From an uncultured Fibrobacterota bacterium (lineage in GTDB: Bacteria; Fibrobacterota; Chitinivibrionia; Chitinivibrionales; FEN-1185): 64,000 bases of DNA. The notes under the pieces are model-generated. The model ran no database searches, was not told the origin of the DNA, and worked only from the letters and a program-made list of their open reading frames with translations. Where the stretch lies: NCBI GenBank assembly GCA_963753345.1, contig CAVWBU010000041.1, positions 64,001-128,000 of the forward strand, in the 5' to 3' direction. This document shows positions 40,218 through 49,359 of this stretch, one piece after another; position 1 is the stretch's first letter; each line of letters begins with the position of its first letter. Made by a program: the position numbers and the translations under genes.

Positions 40218-41738
40218 ATGAAGCTTTTCACAAGCATGGTGTTGTGCGTTTTTTGGGCGGTTGCGGCTTTTGGTCAGTCTGCAAGGGACTCATCCGCAGT
40301 TGAGCCCAAGCCTCTTGAGCCTGCAACCGACGCATCTGTCATTGAGCAGAAGCCTCTCCTGTCCGCAACCGACGCATCGGGCATCGAGCGCAAGCCGCTC
40401 AAAATTGCCGCGGGAATGGACGAAGGTCAGATTGTTTCAGGACAATCCAACTATCTGAATCTGCAGTCCGGCGTTAGGCAATGGATTTCCCGCTTAAATA
40501 CGTTTCTGAACGAGGAAGTGGACGTTAATAAGCGCCTGGCACTAAAAGTCGGGGTCGGCGCATTTATCTGGTATCCTTACCCGGAATCAAACACAGACCA
40601 ATATCTCGTCCCAAAATTCTCTCCCGCGGTTTCCGAAGCTTCCGGAACGTACAAAATCGGGGACATTGCCAATCCGTTGTTCGAATTTCAATTCGGCTAT
40701 TTCCCTTTCAAATACAACCCGGACGCATACGACATGGGTGAATATCTCTTAAAATCGGGAGCCTACCCTGGTTACCTGGTGAACGGCAGATGGAACATCA
40801 TCGGTGACAACCTCTACAGGGCGCAGGGAATTCGCTTCAGCAATTATCTTCTCGACAGGACCATACAGCAGCATCTTCTTTTCACCATGGAGCATGATTA
40901 CCCGCCCATGTATGACATATCTCCTTCCTATATTGTAACAGGCAACATTGCAAAGATGTTCAATGTCGGAGCCGGCATCTCGTTTGCCCATTTGATTTCC
41001 ATGAATGAAGCCAAGACAACGCCACAGGATCCGTATAACCGGTACCTTGGCGACAGTGCGCTTGATGGAACCGAAGGTTTCAACAATAAAGGCGTGGATA
41101 CACTCCAGGGCGTTCACTTTTACACCTTTAGAGGCATCAAGCTCATGGGCATGGCCTCATTTGACATTAAACCAGTGATTCCCACCACTATTTTCGGCAA
41201 AGAGGACCTTAAGATATTTATTGAAGCGGCGGTGCTTGGCGTTCAGAATTACCCGTTCTATTACGATGATATCACAAAACGCATTCCGGTCATGTTTGGT
41301 TTCAATTTCCCCACATTCAAAATCCTTGATGTGTTGTCGTTCGAATGGGAATATTATGGGAGCCAATTCGACAACAACATGCAGAACTCTCAGAACGGCC
41401 AATTGCCGACATGGTACATTAATGCAGACTACAATCCTAGAGAATACGACGACACAGCTGCTTTTTCATCTTCGACCAAACCAACCGGTTTTAACGCTAA
41501 CGGCGCCACAACCTGGAGGCAGTATTTCTCCCAGGACAATTGGAAGTGGGCGATCTACGCAAAAAAGAGTCTGGGAAAGTCAATTTCCCTGCATCTTCAA
41601 CTGGCCAACGATCACATGCATATGATAACATACCAGGTGCTTCCGGATTACATCGATGCAACCCATGGAGTAGACAGCTGGTATAAAATGTTCCAAAAAG
41701 ACTGGTATTTCGATTTCAAGGTTCAAATCGGAATATGA
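40218..41738 (+). CDS. Probable outer-membrane protein of unknown function
   Basis: AGGAGG RBS; signal peptide; beta-strand pattern; ends WYFDFKVQIGI; N-terminal 14-aa repeats. Confidence 0.75.
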   Translation: MKLFTSMVLCVFWAVAAFGQSARDSSAVEPKPLEPATDASVIEQKPLLSATDASGIERKPLKIAAGMDEGQIVSGQSNYLNLQSGVRQWISRLNTFLNEEVDVNKRLALKVGVGAFIWYPYPESNTDQYLVPKFSPAVSEASGTYKIGDIANPLFEFQFGYFPFKYNPDAYDMGEYLLKSGAYPGYLVNGRWNIIGDNLYRAQGIRFSNYLLDRTIQQHLLFTMEHDYPPMYDISPSYIVTGNIAKMFNVGAGISFAHLISMNEAKTTPQDPYNRYLGDSALDGTEGFNNKGVDTLQGVHFYTFRGIKLMGMASFDIKPVIPTTIFGKEDLKIFIEAAVLGVQNYPFYYDDITKRIPVMFGFNFPTFKILDVLSFEWEYYGSQFDNNMQNSQNGQLPTWYINADYNPREYDDTAAFSSSTKPTGFNANGATTWRQYFSQDNWKWAIYAKKSLGKSISLHLQLANDHMHMITYQVLPDYIDATHGVDSWYKMFQKDWYFDFKVQIGI

Positions 41739-41781
41739 TTCTGGTTTGTTACCATAATGCTATGCATTGAACAAGAAACTG

Positions 41782-41814
41782 GGCTTCCGGAAGACTTTTT
41801 CGGAAGCCTTTTTT
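41782..41814 (+). terminator. Intrinsic terminator
   Basis: ggcttccg...cggaagcc-tttttt. Confidence 0.75.
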
Positions 41815-41850
41815 CTAATGACTTCTTTGCAAAGAAAGGAACATGATCAA

Positions 41851-43128
41851 ATGACCTCAGCACCAACAGCAACACCTAAAGCCGACACCCCCTGGGTCAA
41901 CCTCACCGTTGCGTGGCTCGGATGGCTGTTTGACGGAATGGAAATGGGGATTTATTCCCTCATCGCGGTCCCTGCCCTCAAGATGCTCTTGCACACCCAG
42001 GACATGGGGCTCGTACTGCCCAAGGTGGGGCTCCTGTTCGCCCTGTTTCTTCTCGGCGCCGCGCTCGGCGGCTACGTGTTCGGCGCGCTTGGCGACAAGA
42101 TCGGCCGGGTAAAATCGCTGGCAGCGACGGTCATCGTGTATTCCCTCTTTACGGGCCTCAGCGCCGCATGCACCGATGTCTGGCAGTTCGGTGCGTGCAG
42201 GTTTCTCGGCGCGCTCGGGCTTGGCGGCGAATGGGGGCTGGGTGTCGCGCTTGTCATGGAATCCTGGTCGAACAAGAGCCGGCCCGCTCTCGCGGGCATT
42301 CTCGGAGCGGCCGCGAACATCGGGTTCCTCGTCTGTGCGCTCATCGGCATCGCAATGGCGAAATATGTTTCCGGCGGCGTGAGCGAGCACTGGCGCATGA
42401 TTCTGCTTATTGGAATTATACCGGCAATCACCGTGCTCTTCATGCTTCTTGGCGTGCACGAACCCGAGGCATGGAAAAAATCCAAGGCTCGCGGCGAAAA
42501 GGCGGAGTTCAAGGCGCTGTGGCAGCCCGGGCTCGGTTACAAGACAATCATGGGATGCTTCATCGCTTCGGTAGTCGTATTGGGAACCTGGGGCGTATTC
42601 CAGTGGATTCCGTCGTGGGTCGACCAGCTCGTGGGCGCCGACAAGACTCCGTTCCAGAAACCAGTGACGCAGATGTTCATGGCGTTCGGCCAGATCACGG
42701 GCGCGTTTGTCGGGGGCTTCATTGCAGAATGGATAGGGCGCAGAAAATCATACGCCCTGTTCTGCACCGGCAGTTTTCTCGCCTCAGTCATTCTGTTCTA
42801 TTTTGTCAAGTCGTACGGTCCGCTGCTCTGGACCCTGGCCGCGGTGGCAGGCGTTTTCAGCACCGCGTTCTTCGGATGGCTGCCCCTGTACCTCCCCGAG
42901 CTCTTCCCCACCCGCATCAGGGCGACGGGCGAAGGCATCACCTACAACTTCGGCCGCATCCTTGCCGCGGTCGGTGTTTTCGCCGGCATAGGAAACCTCT
43001 ACCATTTCTTCGGCACCGGCGCGAGGGCCTTTGCAAAAGCGAGCACCGTCATGGCCACGGTATATATCGTCGGTCTCATTCTCATATGGTTTTTGCCCGA
43101 AACAAAGGGACAGAAACTGCCGGAGTGA
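41851..43128 (+). CDS. MFS transporter (organic/sugar-acid:H+ symporter-like)
   Basis: LGWLFDG, GALGDKIGR, GLGGEW, AEWIGRR, PELFPTRIRATG, LPETKG. Confidence 0.9.
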   Translation: MTSAPTATPKADTPWVNLTVAWLGWLFDGMEMGIYSLIAVPALKMLLHTQDMGLVLPKVGLLFALFLLGAALGGYVFGALGDKIGRVKSLAATVIVYSLFTGLSAACTDVWQFGACRFLGALGLGGEWGLGVALVMESWSNKSRPALAGILGAAANIGFLVCALIGIAMAKYVSGGVSEHWRMILLIGIIPAITVLFMLLGVHEPEAWKKSKARGEKAEFKALWQPGLGYKTIMGCFIASVVVLGTWGVFQWIPSWVDQLVGADKTPFQKPVTQMFMAFGQITGAFVGGFIAEWIGRRKSYALFCTGSFLASVILFYFVKSYGPLLWTLAAVAGVFSTAFFGWLPLYLPELFPTRIRATGEGITYNFGRILAAVGVFAGIGNLYHFFGTGARAFAKASTVMATVYIVGLILIWFLPETKGQKLPE

Positions 43129-43166
43129 TTTTTGGACCTGCCACGCGGCAAAAACACGCCCTTATT

Positions 43167-43316
43167 GACCGCAGCAAGCGCGAGGAATCTTCCATCCCTA
43201 TGGAAAAAAATACGTAGCGCTCGCTAACCCCGAACACACGACTACAACTGCATACAACACTGCAGGAGTAGACGCGATAGCGAACCTTAGGAATGCGCTC
43301 GCTTGGGATCAAAGGG
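43167..43316 (+). repeat. Dispersed palindromic repeat, copy B
   Basis: 22-nt core at 43185-43206; shares cgctcgct.accccgaa and aggaatgcgctcgct with copy C. Confidence 0.85.
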
Positions 43317-43360
43317 GCGCTTGCGTTTGTGCGAGCAACCGGCAACCGGAAGATTGAAGA

Positions 43361-43792
43361 TCATCTGACGACCGTCATTATTTTTGTTTCGGAATAGCCC
43401 GAAGTTCGCAGCCGGTAAAAGTACTGCCCGCTGCGCACTATGGTCGCGGAGAAATGAACCTCGTACCAGGTGCCGCCGGCCGTATTGTTCTCCGGAACCG
43501 CAAAGTATCCCACCTCGCTCCATTTCGCATCGTACAGCTTAAGGCTCACCGGGCCCAGTTCCTTGACAAAGTACCAAATGACGGTGCCGGCCGAGGCAGG
43601 ATTGGGGTTGTTCTGGAGCAGCATGGAACTTGCGGGCCTGTACTGGGTCTTAAAAGGCCGGACGATGGTCGCCCCTGCAGCAGGACCCCGGCATGCGGCA
43701 GAGGAACCCGCGCGCGCCGTGTCGGCGCACGGCGACGATACCGCCCATTCCGCGCACGCTATCGACAGAACGACTGCAAGCGGAAATCGCAT
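43361..43792 (-). CDS. Small exported protein consisting mostly of a T9SS-CTD-like domain
   Basis: Signal peptide; LLQNNPNP...LKLYD...SGQYFYRL...KIMTVVR. Confidence 0.65.
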   Translation of the reverse strand: MRFPLAVVLSIACAEWAVSSPCADTARAGSSAACRGPAAGATIVRPFKTQYRPASSMLLQNNPNPASAGTVIWYFVKELGPVSLKLYDAKWSEVGYFAVPENNTAGGTWYEVHFSATIVRSGQYFYRLRTSGYSETKIMTVVR

Positions 43793-43819
43793 TTGTCTAC
43801 CATGCTTCCGGCGGGAAGC

Positions 43820-43851
43820 AAAGAACCCCGCGGACCGCCGCGGGGTTCTTT
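43820..43851. terminator. Intrinsic terminator
   Basis: aaagaaccccgcgg-accg-ccgcggggttcttt. Confidence 0.75.
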
Positions 43852-43908
43852 GGGGGACGCACTCCGCCTCTTCTCCCTTGCGCCCGATGGATCGGCCTCC
43901 GCTGGCTG

Positions 43909-45087
43909 CTACTGGTAACTTATGACCACGCTGTTAAGGCCGTCGAGCGCCGTGCTCGGGTCCTTGGATGGAATATACGTCACGTGAGGAGTGTAGGAAC
44001 CTGCCGCTCCGCCAAGCGGGATGGTGTCGATGTAGAGAATGTTGTAGACGCCGGAGACATGCGCCTCAAAGCACATCCGGAACGATCCCGCCTGCGCGCT
44101 GATTGAATCTGGATTGCAGTCGATAGACGATTTTCCCCACATGGGAGTGGCGCTGGTCACGGCGTCGACCGCGGGCTGGTTGGTGGCCACAAGATTGTCC
44201 CATTTCGCGGTGTCCACGGCCGTGAGCCATGCGCCGCAGGCGTTGACCGGATCGGTAATTCCCGTGGTGGAGAGCCACGGCGTGACGTACAGGGTTCTTA
44301 TGTATTTCGCGGTCATGTCTTCGGCCCAGATCGCAAGCACCTGGTCGATTGCGTCATGCGAGGAAACGGTGTCCTGAGACAAGTTGAAATTGAAGGTAAG
44401 CAGTTTCTTTGAAGCCTGGGCAGCGGTTTTCATCATAATCACGTGCGTTCCCTGAAAGGAATCCAGCGGCAAACTCACCGAACTGAACCCGCTCGCAGTC
44501 ACGTTAAGAGTTCCGACCATAGCGGCCTTCTTGGCAGAAGGGCTTGCGGCGGCATTGCCCGCAGTCTTGCGGAAAACCGCCTGGCCTGCCGCCAGGCCGC
44601 CTGCAAGCGGTACCCTGAAATGTGACACCTGATCCCCGATCTTCACGCTCATCACATAGGTCTGGGAGACCGAAAGCCCGGCAAACGGGTTGACCCGGTA
44701 GCTGCCGGACGACATCACCCGGTTGCCGACGGTGAGCACCTGCCTGCCCTGCAGCGTGAAAACGTCAATCTTTACAAGCTGCGAAGAAGGCCCCACGAAG
44801 AAGTGAAGGCCGTCGGAGCTGAGCACGGGCCTGGAACCGATGGCGGATTTGACAAGCGGCGTGCGGACGCCCACGGTCGCCAGGGCGTCGAACTTATAGT
44901 TGCCACCCGAATCGGATGTGGTGTCGAGGTTAACCTGGGGGAAGGCTATGGAGGCGCCGAAGATCCCTTTCCCGGTCAGGTCGGTGATTCTTCCGGTAAT
45001 GCCGACATACACGGTGTCTGCGGCGCACGGCGCGCAAACCACGGCCAAGAAGATCGCTGCTGCAAAGAACGCGGTTTTTTTCGACAT
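43909..45087 (-). CDS. Exported protein with Ig/carboxypeptidase-regulatory-like region and C-terminal DUF2271-like domain
   Basis: GGAGGAG RBS; signal peptide; LAIWAED..KYIRTLYVT and VDAVTSAT. Confidence 0.7.
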   Translation of the reverse strand: MSKKTAFFAAAIFLAVVCAPCAADTVYVGITGRITDLTGKGIFGASIAFPQVNLDTTSDSGGNYKFDALATVGVRTPLVKSAIGSRPVLSSDGLHFFVGPSSQLVKIDVFTLQGRQVLTVGNRVMSSGSYRVNPFAGLSVSQTYVMSVKIGDQVSHFRVPLAGGLAAGQAVFRKTAGNAAASPSAKKAAMVGTLNVTASGFSSVSLPLDSFQGTHVIMMKTAAQASKKLLTFNFNLSQDTVSSHDAIDQVLAIWAEDMTAKYIRTLYVTPWLSTTGITDPVNACGAWLTAVDTAKWDNLVATNQPAVDAVTSATPMWGKSSIDCNPDSISAQAGSFRMCFEAHVSGVYNILYIDTIPLGGAAGSYTPHVTYIPSKDPSTALDGLNSVVISYQ

Positions 45088-45237
45088 GTACTCCTCCTTC
45101 GGTTGATCGTTATGTGCTCGGTATAATTATAATTATGCCTTGATTTGCATGTCTTTTTCAACAAGGATCATGATAAAATATACTTGGAGGAACTTACCAT
45201 AATTTATCATTATTTTCCGCGCGGCACCCGCATTTTT

Positions 45238-45254
45238 TCTTACCTGGGGTAAGG
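45238..45254. promoter_or_regulatory. Operator candidate, copy 3
   Basis: TCTTACC-TGG-GGTAAGG; TATATT starts 43 nt after its end. Confidence 0.5.
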
Positions 45255-45331
45255 AATAAGAAAGGGACTTTTGCGCGGAAAGGGTGAACCTGTTTGTATA
45301 TTTAGCTCGGGAACCAGGAAAGGGGCGTTAG

Positions 45332-46204
45332 ATGAAAAACCGATTCTTTTCTCTCATTCTGCTTGCTGCCGGCGCACTGTCGTTTGCCGCTGCCGCACCA
45401 AAACCGGTTGTCGCCCTGGACTGCTACCACAATACCGAAACCCCGGCGCATTATACCTGGCAGAAGGTGGGCCTCGGCGGATATTCGCAGTTTGCCCAGA
45501 TACTGTTGACGCTCGGCGCCGACACCTCCACGATTACGACTCCGCTGGATTCCCCGACCCTCTCGCGAACGAGCGTTCTTATGATCGTTAATCCCGGCAC
45601 CGTGCACCTTATCGCTGCTGCGGAAATCGACGCTGTTGACAAATGGGTCCAGCAGGGCGGGAAGCTCATGTGCTTTGCCAACAATACCGGCCACGTCGAA
45701 TTCGTCAACTACAACCAGCTCATGGCGCGCTTCGGCATCACCTTCAACGACACCACACAAACGGGCGGCTCCAACTTCGGGCCGGTACCGCAGAACGAGG
45801 TGTTCTCGGCCTGCACCACGTTTTACATCGTGGACATGTGCAACCTGTCGATCGTCTCCCCTGCCGTTTCCATTTTCACGTTTCAGGGAAGCGTGCTCAT
45901 GGCAACCTCCCTCAAGGGGGCAGGGAAGGTTTTTGCCGTGGGAGATCCCTGGGTCTACGACGAACATATCGCCGCAAAGGACAACACAAGGGGAATTACT
46001 CAGGTGGTCCAGTGGCTTCTTGGCTTGTCCACCGAAGTCTCGCGGCAACCAATCTCCTCCGCGCTTCGCCCCGAGAAATTCCGTTCGGTGAAGGCCATCA
46101 CGGTCCTCCCCAATGGCAGACTGCTTCCGGCGCAATGGTCCGGCATTGCGGCGCAGGCATCGTACGGTCCCTCCGGCGGCCGCATGAACGTCACGGTTCG
46201 TTGA
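45332..46204 (+). CDS. Exported DUF4350/GATase-like domain protein
   Basis: Signal peptide; VALDCYHN, HYTW, WVQQGGKL..FAN, GKVFAVGDPW. Confidence 0.7.
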   Translation: MKNRFFSLILLAAGALSFAAAAPKPVVALDCYHNTETPAHYTWQKVGLGGYSQFAQILLTLGADTSTITTPLDSPTLSRTSVLMIVNPGTVHLIAAAEIDAVDKWVQQGGKLMCFANNTGHVEFVNYNQLMARFGITFNDTTQTGGSNFGPVPQNEVFSACTTFYIVDMCNLSIVSPAVSIFTFQGSVLMATSLKGAGKVFAVGDPWVYDEHIAAKDNTRGITQVVQWLLGLSTEVSRQPISSALRPEKFRSVKAITVLPNGRLLPAQWSGIAAQASYGPSGGRMNVTVR

Positions 46205-46265
46205 CAAAAACAATTTGCCGGAGCCTCCCACCCCGCGCCCGTTAATTATTTTTGATTTCGCCCCT

Positions 46266-47276
46266 ATGAAACACCGGATTGTCCGAACCTGCCGTGTCGT
46301 CCCCGCTGTCTTCATTCTATTCCTTGACTGCTTCCACGGGTCCCGGGGCATACCGCAGGCGTTTTTCGGGCTTGCCGACGACATCACCCTCGAGCAGGCC
46401 TGCGTGCAGGTCTCGCGGTATTGTGCGCTCTGGCTTGACAATGCGGACACTGGTTCGCTCGGGTCGTTCTACCGAGATCTCGACTCCTCTGCCGACTGCC
46501 TCGGCCGTTCGCTCGGGCCGGCGAGGACGTCTCGTGCGGCCGTCGATTCGATCGTCGCGCTTGTCTACGGCCGCTGGGACATCGGCTTTGACGCACGCGA
46601 CACGGTAGCGGAAACGCTTCTCCCTCATCTCGTGTACAAAAACAGGAAAGGCGCCTGCCTTGGCGTCTCTCTCATCATGCTCATGCTCGCGGAACGGCTG
46701 CAGTGCCCGATATACGGCGTTATGCTGCCGGGCCATTTCTTCTGCAGATTCGACAACGGGAAGATCCGCGTCAACATCGAACCGAACAAATCGGGGTTTT
46801 GCCACCCCGACGAATACTATCGGGAACGCTATCCCTTCGCAACCATGCCGTGGTACGACCTGGCGAACTTGACAAAAAGTCAGACGGCGGGCATGCTATG
46901 CTACAACGCGGGGGTCCTGTGCCTTACAAAAGGCCGCAGCCGACCTGCGGTTTCCCTGTTTGCGGAAGCGTCGCGCCGCCTGCCGGCGTTCGCCGAGGCG
47001 CAGGGCAACCTCGCGCTCACCTATGCGTTTACCGGCATGCTTGATTCGTCGCTGGCAGTTTTTGCAACCCTGTTTGCCGCCCATCCTGATTTTGTCAACC
47101 TTGCCGCGAATTACGGCAACGTTGCAATGGCCGCAAGACAGTTCGAAAAGGCGGCAAACATCTTTCGCAAAGGCCTTGATTATTTTCCCGAGGATACAAT
47201 GCTCTTGACCGGTCTGGCGCAGGCATATGAGGAGTTGGAGGGCGGAAAAAACAGCCCCTCGAGTCCGAGGGAGTAA
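46266..47276 (+). CDS. Transglutaminase-like (SirB1/Transglut_core2) plus TPR protein
   Basis: RKGACLG, AERL, GVMLPGHFF, NIE; TPR-like C-terminus. Start uncertain. Confidence 0.75.
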   Translation: MKHRIVRTCRVVPAVFILFLDCFHGSRGIPQAFFGLADDITLEQACVQVSRYCALWLDNADTGSLGSFYRDLDSSADCLGRSLGPARTSRAAVDSIVALVYGRWDIGFDARDTVAETLLPHLVYKNRKGACLGVSLIMLMLAERLQCPIYGVMLPGHFFCRFDNGKIRVNIEPNKSGFCHPDEYYRERYPFATMPWYDLANLTKSQTAGMLCYNAGVLCLTKGRSRPAVSLFAEASRRLPAFAEAQGNLALTYAFTGMLDSSLAVFATLFAAHPDFVNLAANYGNVAMAARQFEKAANIFRKGLDYFPEDTMLLTGLAQAYEELEGGKNSPSSPRE

Positions 47277-47292
47277 TGGGCTCATGAATTCA

Positions 47293-47412
47293 TTGAAGAA
47301 CCTCGCAGCAAGCTGCGAGGAATCTTCCATCCCTATGGAAAAAGAACATACTTCTAGTCGCTCGCTTACCCCGAAGCAAGCTTCGAGGAATGCGCTCGCT
47401 ATGGGATTCAAG
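47293..47412 (+). repeat. Dispersed palindromic repeat, copy C (compact form)
   Basis: Hairpins cctcgcagc-aa-gctgcgagg and ccccgaagc-aa-gcttcgagg flank the 22-nt core. Confidence 0.85.
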
Positions 47413-49098
47413 TATTACATTCCCATAGCGATGTGCGCGGCGCTTGCCGCGTTCTTCTGCTGGTTTCCCATCACCGACACCGACATCTTCTGGCACCTTA
47501 GCGCGGGCAGGGAGATCGTGCGCACCGGCCATTTCCTGTACACCGACCCGTTCAGCTTTACAAATGCGCTGCCGCAGTGGACCGATATCCACTGGCTGTT
47601 TCAGGTGGCAATGTACGGCCTCTATGCGCTCGGCGGTTTTTATGCGCTCATCTGGTTCAAGCTTCTGGCGGTGGCGGCGGCCTGCGTACTCCTGTGCGGA
47701 GCGGTCCGCTCGCAGCGGTATGCTTGCGCAAGCGCGTTTGCGTGCGCGGTCCTTTTTTATGCGGCACGCTACCTTGTGTGCGAGAGGCCCGTGCTCGTCA
47801 CCATGGTCTGCATGGCCGCGTACATCTATCTCTTCGAGCGCGCCCGCGAAGGCATGAACGCGCGCTTCCTGTGGCTGTGCGTGCCCCTGCAAATGATCTG
47901 GGCCAACTCGCAGGGCCTGTACCCCATCGGCATTTTCGTGATAGGCGCCTACTGGATCGAACTTTTGATTTCCCGGCTGCAAAAGCGGGAGCGGTTCCCT
48001 CTTGTCATGACGGGCGTACTTATCGCGTGTGCCGTTTCATGCGTCGCAACACCCTATGGAATCCAAGGGCTCATCCTGCCGTTCAGATTATTCACCGGTA
48101 TAGCGCCAGCGGCCCGCAGCCTTTACTCACTCACCATTTCGGAGAACGTGCCGCTGCTCGCGCTTTCCGGCTACGACGCGACCTACCGCGCCGCGGTGAT
48201 CGTTGCGGCGCTCGCCGCCTGCACGCTGTTCTTTGTCAACAGGCGCCGCGTGCGGCCCGCCCACGTTGTCCTGTTCCTCGGGTTCCTGTTTCTGGCCTAC
48301 AGCGCGGTGCGGAACGTTCTACTGTTCTTCCTCGTGCTTGTCCCTATCGCCGGATACGGCGTGACGCAACTTGAGGTGCCGGCCCGACTCCTTGCGCTGT
48401 TCGCCGCGCGAAAGCGGCAGGCAGCGTTTGTCGCCGCGGCATGCGCCGCTCTGCTGCTCGCGTTTCCCGTTGCGCAACACGCCTCGGTGGCCGCCGTCTA
48501 TCCGCCGCACCGGGCCCTGTCGCCGTTTCGGTTCCCCGAAAAAATCGCCGACTACCTCGATGCGCACCCCGTGGCCGGCGAGATGTTCAACGACATCCGC
48601 TACGGCGGCTACCTTATCTGGCGGCTTTCCCCGGCTCATAAGGTGTTTGCCGACGGCAGGATCATGATTCGGCGGCCGCGGTTCTTCGCCGACTACCTTG
48701 CGATATGCGAACAGCCGCTCCTGTTCCCCTTTGCGGCAGCGAAATTCGACATCACGTACGTGATCGTGCCGTCGGCGGTGTTTTCGCAGTACCGCAAGCT
48801 TATCCGGTTCCTGTATCGCTCGCCCGACTGGCACCTGGAATACACCGACGGCACGTCGTTCCTTATTGTTAAGAACAGCGCCTCGACAAGGCCGGCCGTG
48901 GACCTTGCCGATCCGACAACCGTTGCCGCGATCGCCGACAGCATGTGCGTCCAGTGGCGCGACGCGCCCTATGTGCGCAGCGAGGCGCTGGGGTATTTTG
49001 CGGACGAGCTGGAGGACCTGGGGCTGGCAAGGTCGGCGCTGAAGGTGAAGGAACAAAACTTCACCACAGAGACACAGAGGTCACGGAGAAAAGAATAG
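47401..49098 (+). CDS. Multi-pass membrane protein, possibly GT-C glycosyltransferase-like
   Basis: DIFWHLSAG, DPFSF, WLFQ, ERP, WANSQG, FNDIRYGGYLIW, FADGR; many hydrophobic segments. Confidence 0.7.
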   Translation: MGFKYYIPIAMCAALAAFFCWFPITDTDIFWHLSAGREIVRTGHFLYTDPFSFTNALPQWTDIHWLFQVAMYGLYALGGFYALIWFKLLAVAAACVLLCGAVRSQRYACASAFACAVLFYAARYLVCERPVLVTMVCMAAYIYLFERAREGMNARFLWLCVPLQMIWANSQGLYPIGIFVIGAYWIELLISRLQKRERFPLVMTGVLIACAVSCVATPYGIQGLILPFRLFTGIAPAARSLYSLTISENVPLLALSGYDATYRAAVIVAALAACTLFFVNRRRVRPAHVVLFLGFLFLAYSAVRNVLLFFLVLVPIAGYGVTQLEVPARLLALFAARKRQAAFVAAACAALLLAFPVAQHASVAAVYPPHRALSPFRFPEKIADYLDAHPVAGEMFNDIRYGGYLIWRLSPAHKVFADGRIMIRRPRFFADYLAICEQPLLFPFAAAKFDITYVIVPSAVFSQYRKLIRFLYRSPDWHLEYTDGTSFLIVKNSASTRPAVDLADPTTVAAIADSMCVQWRDAPYVRSEALGYFADELEDLGLARSALKVKEQNFTTETQRSRRKE

Positions 49099-49115
49099 CC
49101 TAACGAAAATCCCAA

Positions 49116-49149
49116 TCCACACACTCCAATGTGTTATATTGTGTGTGGA
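49116..49149. promoter_or_regulatory. Probable TA autoregulatory inverted repeat around a -10 element
   Basis: tccacacac-N16-gtgtgtgga enclosing TATATT, just before the GGAGG RBS. Confidence 0.6.
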
Positions 49150-49161
49150 AAGGAGGTTGTC

Positions 49162-49359
49162 ATGGCAACAAATCTGGCCTTAGACGACAACCTTATAATT
49201 CAAGCGCGAAAAATCGGTCATCATCGCACCAAAAAGGAAGCGGTGACGATTGCGCTCAAGGAGTACATAGCACACAAAAAACAACAGAAAATCCTTGACC
49301 TGTTCGGGCGCATCGATTTTAATGAACGGTATGACTACAAAAAAGCGAGAACACGATGA
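49162..49359 (+). CDS. vapB: Type II antitoxin, VapB family
   Basis: MATNLALDDNL...TKKEAV..AL; ATGA overlap with the PIN gene. Confidence 0.88.
   Translation: MATNLALDDNLIIQARKIGHHRTKKEAVTIALKEYIAHKKQQKILDLFGRIDFNERYDYKKARTR

Noticed and set aside
45302-46450. 382-aa minus-strand ORF
   Set aside because: Antisense to two better-supported plus-strand genes.
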